This document shows, in pieces, positions 12,501 through 22,346 of a stretch of DNA of 22,384 nucleotides. The notes under the pieces are model-generated. The model did no database searches. It had not been told where the DNA came from and was given only the letters and a program-made list of their open reading frames with translations. The position numbers and the translations under genes were made by a program. The DNA is from Macrostomum lignano (Eukaryota), in the NCBI GenBank assembly GCA_002269645.1, contig NIVC01003916.1, positions 1-22,384 of the forward strand, given 5' to 3'. Every line of letters begins with the position of its first letter. Positions within the stretch are counted from its first letter, which is position 1.

Positions 12501-15500
12501 ACCAATAATCGTTTACTTTCCAGTGCTCGACCAAAAAACGTTTCAAACATGTTTCAAATCGCAACCAAAACACAGTGTCTGCCATTCCGGGATCTTTTTG
12601 CAACTTTGACAACATTTCTGCTCTTAGTTCTACATTGCTTTCATATTGCTCTGCATCGATTCCCCAGGCATGCTGCAACTCTGGCCAATGTACATCTGCT
12701 GCCGATAGTGTCACGAAAAAATGAGGAACACCAAGCGTTCGAATCATGGCTTCCAATTGCCGTCCTTTACTCTGCCAATAAGCGCTTGTGCCTCGCAAAT
12801 CTGATGCTCGAACTGACACGCTAGCCAATACTGCCGGGTCATTTAGTGCTTCAATCATTTCCTTGGCACTTAATCCAGCATACTTGTTGTCGTGTACAAA
12901 CACGCGACCAACTTCCAGCGCCCTCCAACGCATCACCATATTTTCAATGTAAAATTTAAACCGCAAATCGGTACGAAATCTTGGACACCGGAATTGCATC
13001 AAATGCTTTGCATAGTCGCCCAAACTTAGTCCAAAATTACGTGGCGTACTATAATCTCCTGCTCCATCCGGAAAGAGATGAGGATAAGCCAATGTAAAAT
13101 ATCCTTCATCCTGAAATTCGTTTACCGGCTCGTTGCTTCTTGCTGGCCATTTCAATTTTTCACTCAAAAATTTGTCTCGTACTGCCGATTCCAATCGACG
13201 CAAAGGAGTCTCCAACAGCGAACTAATTGTTTCCTCGAGCTCGTTCGTCTCGTCCGCATTTTTTTCTACTTGTTGCTGCAATCGCTCAGCTCTGGCTGAG
13301 CCGCCTTCTTGCTGTGCCGCCTCGAAATTCACTTCATTGTCAGACTGCATTTCGACAATCATACCTTCTACTTGATGAGCATAACCATCTTCAGGCAGAT
13401 GTAGCAACGCATCATTATTCATTGAAACCTGATACTGTCTAAAGTACTTGTTGTTTGCCATTAAATAGCGCATCGCATTAGTCACTTTGTCGCGTCGAAC
13501 TCGCAAATTGTTCATTGTGCCGCTTTGCGCTTCTCCAGGCTGAACACGGGCTCTTTCGTCGTACATTAAAACAACTGGCAGAGATCGTCTTGGCAGCTCT
13601 CGCAAAACGTGCGACTGATCTTGAGGCAACATGATTCCGTGTCCTCTCGATTTTGTTTGCTTTTGGGGAAAAATTTGTACCACAACAATAACCGACAAAA
13701 CTGGCGAAATCAACATTTGCTCTGCTACACTCAAATCTTGCAAATCTTCTGGCTGCTCCAACATCGGAATCGCATTGTTTTCTTGGCTAAACGATTTCGG
13801 CTCATTGTCATCTCTGAAACAACGATCGCACATGTCTTCAGAATCGATGCTAAAATATTTTCCAGGAAACTTTTCCCTACACACGTAGCACTGTTTCAAA
13901 TGTGATACTTTTGTTATGTTTTCATTGAAAAAGTCTTGCCTCATCTTTTTGAACTGGTCTGTGAACGGATTGCGAAGGCACTTTGGCAGATTAGGATCTC
14001 CGATTTCATCTTCAACAATTGGAGCATCTTGAGCGCTCTCTTCTGAAGTGCTGCTCTGCGGAACATTTTCTTTAGCTGGCTGCTGCTCCATTGTAGGCCG
14101 CTTTCTGGGTGACGAACGGATCGCTTCATCAGGCTTCTCCTGAGTAGCACGTGTCTTTCGTGGTGATGAATACGTAGAAGTAGCTGGAATATTATCAGAC
14201 TGACGTTTATCTTGCTGCTCCTGCTGCAAAGGTGCCGTCTTCCTAGGCGACGATCGAACGGGTTCGCAGATATGATTTTCTGCGTTTGTCAATCTCTGTT
14301 TCCGTGGTAAAGAATTTGCATAGTTGACCACTTGCTGCTGGTTTTTCAAACGCTCGCTGCGACGAGTAGGAGCACTTGGTACAACGTCGCTCTTCTTTTC
14401 TCGACCTCTTCCTTTTTCCAAATGGCAAGAAACGCTTGAAACCGCCGAAACTGAGTCGCCACAACCGATGCAACTGCAACATGGTGCTCTCCGAGTGCGA
14501 CTGCTTCTTCTCAATAAGCTCTGACCAGATACACTAGAGGCTGCAACAGACACAGACTCTAATGTGTTTGCTTTAGCGCTCAGTCGACTACTCCGACGCG
14601 TAGCGCAACTTGCCTTCCCAACATCCTTTTTACGCCGACTGCGCCGCGGAACATTTGATGGCACGGACTCTGACACACGATCACTTTTAACTGACTCTGA
14701 CACATGCTCAATTTCAACTGACTCTGCGCTATCCTCCGCGTCAAGATCGACATTCCAATTCCAGACAGAGTTGTTCCGATCCCGAAGCACTTCATATGAA
14801 TTCGGATGCGCAAACAAACTCGTATTATTTTCCAAGGACTTTGCTTGATTTCTACAACGTCCCTTCCAATGCCTACTTTGAACTCGGGTCCAGTCTGCAA
14901 CCTTTTCAAAAGGCGTCATTGGTGGAGCTGGAGGTGGCATCATTACAACAGGATCTTCGACAACATGAACATTCTCGTTGAGAGGGGGCATTTCCACATT
15001 CTTGGCGCTCAAATCTCCTTGGCCAGTCGGCCGAACTGAGCTTGCTTCATTAACTTCCAAATCATTGACACGAACGATTTCGTAGTGTTGACTACCAGGA
15101 TTAAACAACAATCGAATAGTAGCCAAACGTTCTCCAATATTCGGTCGGGAATAATGGCCAGGCCGCGCTAGATTAAGCATGTTTGACTGATAAATAAACA
15201 CTTCTAGCCGCAACAGTTCACCAATTAGTTCTGGAACTCCGCATGGCACGTACATACGGGGACGCCTTGTATCGTCGCGCACTTTTTCCCAATTCAGTCC
15301 TGTTTGCATAATTCTTTCCTGATTATTGACATCGCGATGCACCCATTGCTCGAATTCTGCAGCAACCGCATCTCGAAAATCTTCTACGCTTAGCGATTGA
15401 TAGGCGGAAAAACCTGGCAGTTCTTGTAATTGTCTCAATATGGCCGTGAAAAAACAGTTGCCGTCACCTCGTACATTCTCAACGCGACACGAAGAAAAAG

Positions 15501-15578
15501 GAACCCATACAGGTTGGACTTGTACAGCAGCAGTTACATGACCTTCGGCAAAATCCATTGCAGTAGCACCTGTTTCAT
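9550..15578 (-). CDS. RepHel transposase, main (third) exon: OTU protease, CxxC-CxxC Zn finger, DUF6570-like region, HUH Rep (Y2) and PIF1-family SF1B helicase
   Basis: OTU: RGDGNCFF...QHYE. Zn finger: CYVC...CDRC. Conserved AYPHLFPDG motif. Rep I: FFVTLSAADVHWPEL. Rep II: RIEYQSRGSPHVHG (~12460-12500). Rep III: YLIKYATK (~11960-11985). Helicase: GSAGTGKS, FIDEFSM, FGGRSVILIGDVFQLPPV, GARVMLTRNL..NGLVNG, QFPLRLAWASTIHKSQGLT, YTAVSRVR. The ORF-track start is a TTG inside the acceptor TTGTATTCTTTTACAG (AG at 15580-15579). Confidence 0.97.
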
Positions 15579-15763
15579 CTGTAAAAGAATACAACTCTTA
15601 AACAGTGAGGTATGATAATTTTAAGGAATTGAGCATTAATTGTATTTTGCACAAGTCGTAAACACTAAAATCTAATTTTCAATATTCGCAAGCAAAGTCA
15701 GATGTAAGAAAGAAAATTAACTTGTACTATGCATAGAAATTCAATAAAAAATAAAACTCTCAC

Positions 15764-16135
15764 CAGCACTCAAGTAGCCTATAAGTTGCTCATTGTAAGC
15801 AGCACCAGAATTGGGCACTTCAGCATCACCTTCGACCACGGGGTATTCCGAAGCAGCCAGAGCGTCGGCCAGAGCAGCATCATGTTCAGCTAGCAGGGCA
15901 GCCAGACCAGCCTCGTCCAGCTTAATCACAGACTCAGTTTTAGCAGCAGCATCAGCAGAAGCACCAGCTTTAGTCCCAGCAGCGGCAATAGAAGAGGCAG
16001 CAGCAGCTTCCGGTTGTACATCTGGCTCTTGAATCTGTTCTTCGCCAGCAGTTAAATCACCGACAGCAGCAACTTTAATATTATTCTTGGAGCGGCTCCA
16101 GTTTTTCTTCTTCGGCCGTCCGCACTTTTTCGCAC
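15764..16135 (-). CDS. RepHel exon 2 (372 nt, Ala/Glu-rich, begins with AT-hook-like KCGRPKKK)
   Basis: Acceptor CTTTAAACAG at 16136, donor G|GTGAGA at 15763. The exon is stop-free and phase 1 at both ends, and joins exon 3 in frame (GAT). Confidence 0.8.
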
Positions 16136-16170
16136 CTGTTTAAAGTCACAGTAAAAAAGAAATTTATAAA

Positions 16171-16800
16171 TCTACCTATATATATATATATATATATATG
16201 TCTGTCCATCTATTTCGCTCTAGAGCGTGCCATTCTTGATCAATTTTGATAGCGTTTTTTCTAAACTATTGCAGATTTTGCACTGATTATACAGTGGTCA
16301 AAATTTCTTAAATCTGCTCAAATTCTAAGGGTGTTAAACATTCGAAAATAGAGTTTCTATAATTATTTTAATGATCTGTCAAACAAGGTCAGATTCCAAT
16401 TGAATTTATTCCCTTTGTCGAAACTATTCAGTCGAAACTACTCAGTCGAAACTATTGAGTTCACACTATTCAGTCAAAACTACTCAGTCAAGATTATTAA
16501 GTCTAAACTATTCAGTTGTAACTATTCAGTTGAAATTATTCTGTCTGTCAAAACTATTCAGGCGAAACTATTCAATCTAAACTATTGAGTGTGAACTATT
16601 GATTTGAGCTGCGTCAGTTAAGAGTTTGAAAAATTCACATTTTTAGACATCTGAAAAACACTTTTTTACAGAATTACCTGTGAACTATTCAGTGTGAGTT
16701 ATAGTGTGAACAATTGAGATTTATTGTTTGGTAAATAAATTGTGTAGTGCAGGAACTTTTTAGTTTGTCTGTTGCCCAAATGGGCAGCCAAGAATGCTAG
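16171..16800 (+). mobile_element. Non-autonomous canonical Helitron (HLE1-type), 630 bp, in RepHel intron 1
   Basis: A|TCTACCTATATA... 5' end. The 3' end has the hairpin GTTGCCC-AAAT-GGGCAGC (16771-16788), 8 nt, then CTAG|T. It sits in an A|T dinucleotide with no TSD. Confidence 0.88.
16417..16602. repeat. 14-bp tandem repeat (GTCGAAACTATTCA), 13 copies, inside the nested Helitron
   Basis: Units counted at a 14-bp period from 16417, with one 4-bp insertion. Further degenerate units occur at ~16680-16720. Confidence 0.9.
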
Positions 16801-16914
16801 TAAAAGCTGGTTTCCTAAGGTGTGAATATTAATAATAAAGGTAGGATTGCTTTGAAACTATTCCTGAAAGTAGCACCTATCACCTGCAAGTTGCAACAAA
16901 TGTACAAAACTTAC

Positions 16915-16993
16915 TATTGGCAGCAACAGAAGAAGCACTTGTATCCTTGTTAATGCTAGTGTTGTCCTTGATGCTGTTTTTGTCGTTGCCCAT
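16915..16993 (-). CDS. RepHel exon 1 coding part (MGNDKNSIKDNTSINKDTSASSVAAN)
   Basis: ATG at 16993, one base after the acceptor TTTAGACAG. Donor A|GTAAGT at 16914, phase 1, matching exon 2. The joined CDS is 79+372+6029 = 6480 nt, i.e. 2159 aa plus stop. Confidence 0.7.
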
Positions 16994-18486
16994 CCTGTCT
17001 AAATAAACATGTTAGTAAATATTTCAGAATGATAAAGAAACTAATTAGCTAAACACAGAAAACATGCTACTCTTTACCAAGTTAACTCAACTCTTTTCTG
17101 GTGGCAAATTTAGTTAAACTACGAACACTAGCACTGCTACTGGATTGTGGATTAATATGCTGCAGCATAATATACTGGCATATAGGCGGTGTGTGCCATG
17201 TAGTTTTTGTGCTTTCAACATTTTTTCTTGGATTTAGTGCATATTTTCTAGAGTTTTTTCAGGCATATTCCATGTTTTTGTACATGCTTCTAGGAATTCT
17301 ATATCAGCAAAAAAACATCCCTTGGTAAAAATTCACCATAAACTAAGTGTCTAGCACTTTCAAGCATTGCTTGATATAAGGAGCATTGGCATGTATATAT
17401 TGTCTAGCAAAAATGCTAAATTTATAATAAATTGAGCAGAATTTATAAAAAGTGTCCACAAACTTCTACCATTAAGCAGAGTACTACAGATATTTGTACT
17501 ATGCTAAACATATGAAGAAATAAAAAGAATACTTACTTCAAAACTAAAGTCTTAAGTCAAAATTATGCAAACAAAAGGAAAATTCAAGTTAAATTTGACT
17601 GATAACTACAAAATAAAATGTGAAAGGATGAGTACTTTTAAAAGATATATGTAAATATGACTATAATTTATAAAAATATGGAGCAAAAAGCAAAGCAGAG
17701 AAAAAAAACGTAAATATTTGGCAGAATACAATTAATTAGCTATAAAATAATATTAAAGTACTATACTTCAGTTATATTTCAAATAAAATTTGAAGCTTAC
17801 ACTTACAGTGTAAAACTGATAACAATTGAATATATTACAATTAAAACTTGTACTTGTAGAATATAATATATTGTACAATAATTATATATAATGTAGTAGG
17901 ATACGAATAAATAGCGTAACAAAACCGAATATTATAGCTACAGATTGAAGCTTGAAAATATTTCAGATTTAGATAGCGTTTGCTTAGATAAGTTGCTTTG
18001 AAAATTTGGGGTCAAATTTGTCCTACAGCAATAAACTACTGTTAACATAACCGATTTAAATTTAAATTTTTGTAGAAATTATAAGGAACAGAACGACTGA
18101 AATGTACAGTTTAATTATTTCAAAATTAAATAATTTCGAATTCTATTTTACCTTATTGCTTTCTTCAATTAAATTTTGTTATACAATTTATAAAATGCCT
18201 ATTTTCAAAATATACCTCAAAAAGTAAGTTCAACAGCTTTAAAAATGCGCACGTTTTTACACTTCACGGCTCCAAAAAGTCACCATAGAAGATTTTTGCA
18301 GGACGCAAGACTTTTTACGTTACAAAATAGCACTTTTATGTGCATTTTTTATTCAGTTTCAAAAGGCTTTTTAGTTACCTATTTGGTATTTTTTGTTTTA
18401 AAGATTTTTGCGAAATCAGGTCATTTTAACTTGTTACGAAACTGTGGACCCACACTTTTACGCAACGCAATGCGCATGATGTCATC

Positions 18487-19580
18487 TTAAAGCACTTGCT
18501 AAATGCTATTTATTGACACTACACTGAAGGCCTGGCGTAGGATAGTTAATAAATGGCAGCGTGAAATATAGCAAAAAAACGCATAGTACCGGAACCTCGT
18601 AATTCGGTAAAATGTTAATAGCGTCAAAATACGAATTTTCGCACACTAACGAAGATGGCAGTCATCTGTACGTGTTTACTGGGCACAATAGTGCTCTTGG
18701 AAGCTAAGAACCTCATAGCGAAAATTAATATATTTTCCGCCCTATGTAGTGCTCAAATGGGTTGTTTTTGCACAAAATCACGTTTTTCGATTTTGAGAGT
18801 CAATTAAAAATTTTTTTTGCAACTGACAGACGTGAATGTCACTTTTTCTGAGAGTATTCATCTAGATGTTTCTAATAAGTACTAATATGGGTCATTCTTA
18901 TGCTTCACCTATCCTTAGTATAGGTACAAAGTCATTATTTCATTTCCAGCAAGTCACGTGACCTGGCCTGAGGTGTACAACGCATCGTGCAATGCCAGCG
19001 AACATACACTCAAATTAAAGCACTTTTTAAATGCTAACTATTGACACCACACTGAAGGCCTGGCGTAGCATCGTTAATAAATGGCAGCGTGAAATATAGC
19101 AAAAAAACGCATAACACCGGAACCTCGTAATTCGGTAAATGTTATTAGCGTAAAAATACGAATTTTCGCACACTAACGAAGATAGCAGTCATCTGTACGT
19201 GTTTACTGGGCACAATAGTGCTCTTGGAAGCTAAGAACCTCATAGCGAAAATCAATAAATTTTTCACCCTATGTGTGCTCATATAGGTTGTTTTTGCACA
19301 AAATCACGTTTTTCGATTTTAAAAGTCAATTATAACAAAATTTTGCAACTGACAGACGTGAATATCATTTTTTCTGACAGTAGTCATCTAGGTGTTTCTA
19401 ATAAGTACAAATTTTGGTTCATTCTTACGCTTCACCTATCCTTAGTATAGGTACAAAGTCATTATTTCATTTCCAGCAAGTCACGTGACCTGACCTGAGG
19501 TGTACAACGCATCGTGCAATGACAGCGAACATACATTCAAATTAAAGTACATCTAAAATGTAGTTCAATGACACCAAGCG
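18487..19580. repeat. Tandem duplication of a ~528-bp unit (two full copies plus the start of a third)
   Basis: TTAAAG..AC starts at 18487, 19015 and 19542. CTGAAGGCCTGGCGTAG lies at 18524 and 19052, and TGTACAACGCATCG at 18974 and 19501. The copies are similar but not identical. Confidence 0.95.
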
Positions 19581-20100
19581 CGTCGCGCTCCGGTAATCCG
19601 CTCAAAAGTTACAGGCTAAAAAGTATGTTCGATATGCAAGCCCCCCGTACCGTCGTTAAAGTACATTTCTGTACCGGCAGCGACTTCAATAAACTAAGAC
19701 GAAATTTCAAAATATACATATTGTGCGCAATTTAGTTGTGCACCTTGCCTAAAAAGTCTGATTTTCCTAGCATGTCGTCGTTTCTTATTTTTTGTACATT
19801 TGTATCATGAAAAATACATAAAAATAGCCTAAATCACGTTTATCGACTTTAGCAGTGTATGGCTCAGAGTCAGTGCAACGAAACGGCTCAAAATGTATTA
19901 TAAACATGTAGATCTTACCTAAATGACCGCATTCATGTACTTTTTAGAGTCTCGCAACAAGGTTGAATTTCCTTTATTTCGGTTCGAATACCTACCCGTC
20001 GAATATTCGAATGTAATTAACAGGTGCGAATGTACAGTTAAAGTGAGTATCTTGGTTAAAGTCGTGCGTCATGTAAGAGTCCCAGGTGCCATTGTTAGAA

Positions 20101-20148
20101 TGACGCAGCTCAAAGGTCGCGCTGACGCGCGACCTTTGAGCTGCGTCA
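20101..20148. repeat. Perfect 22-bp inverted repeat with 4-nt loop
   Basis: TGACGCAGCTCAAAGGTCGCGC-TGAC-GCGCGACCTTTGAGCTGCGTCA. Confidence 0.97.
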
Positions 20149-20367
20149 GTTGAAAGTTGATAAAAATGCGCATTTTTTGACACTTAAAAAACACACTTTT
20201 ACAGAATTACCTATCAAGGTAAGCATTTAGCGGAAAATAACCAATCAGTGTCTTGAAGGTCTGAAAATTCGCCAAAAGTTGGGTTCAATCAATTTTTGAC
20301 TCCATATTGTGAATCCTTATTTTTTGAGATTCAAGATTTGGACGGGTCTAAAAAAAGTCACTTTTTT

Positions 20368-20402
20368 GTTGCCATGGCAACCAAGACGCGTTGCTATGGA
20401 AC
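20368..20402. promoter_or_regulatory. RFX X-box-like motifs: perfect palindrome GTTGCCATGGCAAC plus a second GTTGCTATGGAAC
   Basis: Exact X-box consensus at 20368-20381 and a near-match starting at 20390. Function not shown. Confidence 0.35.
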
Positions 20403-20561
20403 TTTCACGTCACACATCTTGTAGCCCTAAATGTTTTACGTCCATAGAGGGGTCACACATGGTTTCATCTCAAGTGGTTTTAACTCTGCATCAATTTTAT
20501 TTTCTAAAACGTTGATTTTACGTTGGGGGAGTCTCCGGGACATCTTATCTCGGTCTCGTTT

Positions 20562-20637
20562 GTCCGGAAAAATTGCCAACGAGGAGCGAAGCGAGCGAAG
20601 CGAAGCGCTTCGCTCCTCGTTGGCAATTTTTCCGGAC
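20562..20637. repeat. Perfect 32-bp inverted repeat with 12-nt spacer, directly inside the element 5' subTIR
   Basis: GTCCGGAAAAATTGCCAACGAGGAGCGAAGCG (20562-20593) / AGCGAAGCGAAG / CGCTTCGCTCCTCGTTGGCAATTTTTCCGGAC (20606-20637). Confidence 0.97.
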
Positions 20638-20652
20638 TGCACTTCGACCTAA
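20638..20652 (-). other. Element 5' terminus (TT + 13-bp subTIR AGGTCGAAGTGCA)
   Basis: Exact inverted match to 2556-2568, preceded by TT on the minus strand. Confidence 0.7.
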
Positions 20653-22177
20653 CTAGTCCTTCTGCTGCTGCTGCTGCTGCTGCTGCTCTGTTGCCGCTGT
20701 CTGTACGCAAACTGGGGAACGTGGCCGAGGCGCGAGCACCGGAGCAGGAATGCACGGATTGACAACTCACCAGTGCGGTACTGCGCCCAGTACCGCTCCA
20801 CACTCGTTTGCAGACGCTCGTACCGTGCTCTGTGCTGGCGCTCTTGAGCACCCTGGTTCACCAGCGCGGCATGCACTGGCACAAGCTTGGCCTCCATGTG
20901 CAGCAGGTGCAGGAGTGGGTAGAGTGTCAACTGCACTCTCTCGGCCCGCTGCTTGAGTCTCCGGTGCCAGCCCTCGACCTCGTTGTTGGTACGTATTGAC
21001 TGGCAGTACACACTGACTTCGTGGACTCCGTGGACCGGGTTCGACAGCCAGGTCGCGCTCACGTACTCGGCCAGGTCCAGCAGCAGCGGCGCGTGCACAC
21101 CAGCAACGATCTGCGCCAGACCCTCGCCCATGTGCTCGGCCGGCAGGTAGGGGAGCACCATGAGCATGCGAGCGAAGTCGCGGGTGCCAGGATCTGTCAG
21201 ATAGGCCTGCTGCAGGCCCAGGTGCTGCAAGCGACGAAATATCGCCTGCGCGAAGTGAAACAGGCAGCCCTGGAACCTTGCAGCCGGAAACACGGACCGT
21301 AAAGCCTGCCATGCCGCAGCTTCGAAGTCCATGACACAGACCTCCGGCGTCGAGTTGCCCAGTCCCTGTTTCAGTGCAGAGAAGACAGCAGTGTAGTCAT
21401 TTACCGACTTACCTGACATTAGTGCGAAAGCCAGAGGAACCTGCTTGATTGTCGTTCCCTGTCGGATGTAGCAGTGCACCGAGTACAGCTGTTTAAAGGG
21501 GGCATGAACGACATCGAAGGTGCCGTCCAGAAACCACAATCTGCGGGAGACAAGCAACTCGATCTGGTTGGATGTGTAAAGAAGCAGATGACGCTTACCT
21601 GAGCCTTCGACTCGGACATCGCTGCGGAGAAAATTCGGAGGCAGATGATCCAAGGCCAGTGCAAACTGGAGGTCGACTGGAGGCTGCGGGCGCTTAACCT
21701 CACGAGACCGATTGGCGATGCGCACCAGCTGATTGATTGGGCCAATGTGCCCGGTCTCCAGCAACTTCGCCTCCACGATTGCTGCAGCCGATCTGAAGCA
21801 GTGCCGCTTCGCGTCCTCCTTGATCTCGGCGACCAATCGGCGCTTCATTCCCTCACGCACTCGTGGTTCGCAGATGTGAGCCGCTTGGCCGCTTCGAACG
21901 TTGCCCTGACTGTCTTCAATGGCAGAAGCCGGGCACTTCAACCTGGAATTGCGTTGGGTGCAGCGCCAATAGCGACTGTTATTCTTTTCGACGTTCAGCC
22001 CCAATACATATTCTCGAGCTCCAATGCGGTGAATAAGTGACGGCTTTTGCTTCTTGGTGCCATTGCGAACAATGACGAATTCCTCTAGATCGTTGGCCTC
22101 ATCGATTTCTGGGAGCACCTGAGGCTCCAGACCTTCCATCGAGACTTCAGTGAGACGGACCGGCTCTTGGAAGGGCC
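20649..22177 (-). CDS. Mutator-like (MULE) DDE transposase with N-terminal FLYWCH/WRKY-like Zn finger, main exon
   Basis: YWRC..C..HxC finger, WFLDGTF (D1), VMDFE (D2), CLFH (CxxH) and RTNNEVEGWH (E). The frame is intact. An acceptor TTTCTTCCTCGCAG ends at 22178, and the frame is open from 22177 to the ATG at 22139. Confidence 0.93.
20662..20685. repeat. (CTG)8 tract encoding the poly-Ser tail of the MULE transposase
   Basis: Direct reading of the sequence. Confidence 0.9.
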
Positions 22178-22346
22178 CTGCGAGGAAGAAACGTGTTTTT
22201 TAATTTTTTTAAGAGCAGTTCCTAGGGTACTAACCATAATGTCTATAATATTTATTTAAAATTGTTGTCAATTATTTTATGTAATTAGCCTGACTTATTA
22301 GAAAAGATATGTTATAGCATATGTTATTAAATATAGAATTTCTCAC

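Larger units (their letters stand above)
2528..20652 (-). mobile_element. Putative full-length autonomous Helentron/Helitron2-type (HLE2) rolling-circle transposon, ~18.1 kb
   Basis: The minus-strand 5' end reads TT-AGGTCGAAGTGCA (20652-20638). The 3' end reads TGCACTTCGACCT (2568-2556, exact 13-bp inverted copy), GCT, stem-loop AAGGTG-GCA-CACCTT (2552-2538), CAATCTAGTT. This is the subTIR + 3' stem-loop + TT layout known from DINE-1/Helentron-type elements. The termini enclose a co-oriented RepHel gene with Helentron-type Rep motifs. Confidence 0.72.

Noticed and set aside
9891-16032. Many short ORFs overlapping or antisense to RepHel and its exon 2
   Set aside because: Shadow frames of a long coding sequence with no recognisable motifs.
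19577-19589. Small hairpin AGCGC-GTC-GCGCT
   Set aside because: Only a 5-bp stem with no CTRR or subTIR nearby, so expected by chance.
20431-22040. ORFs overlapping the MULE gene and the 32-bp palindrome
   Set aside because: Shadow frames of GC-rich coding DNA. The mirrored SGKIANEERS peptides on both strands simply reflect the palindrome.
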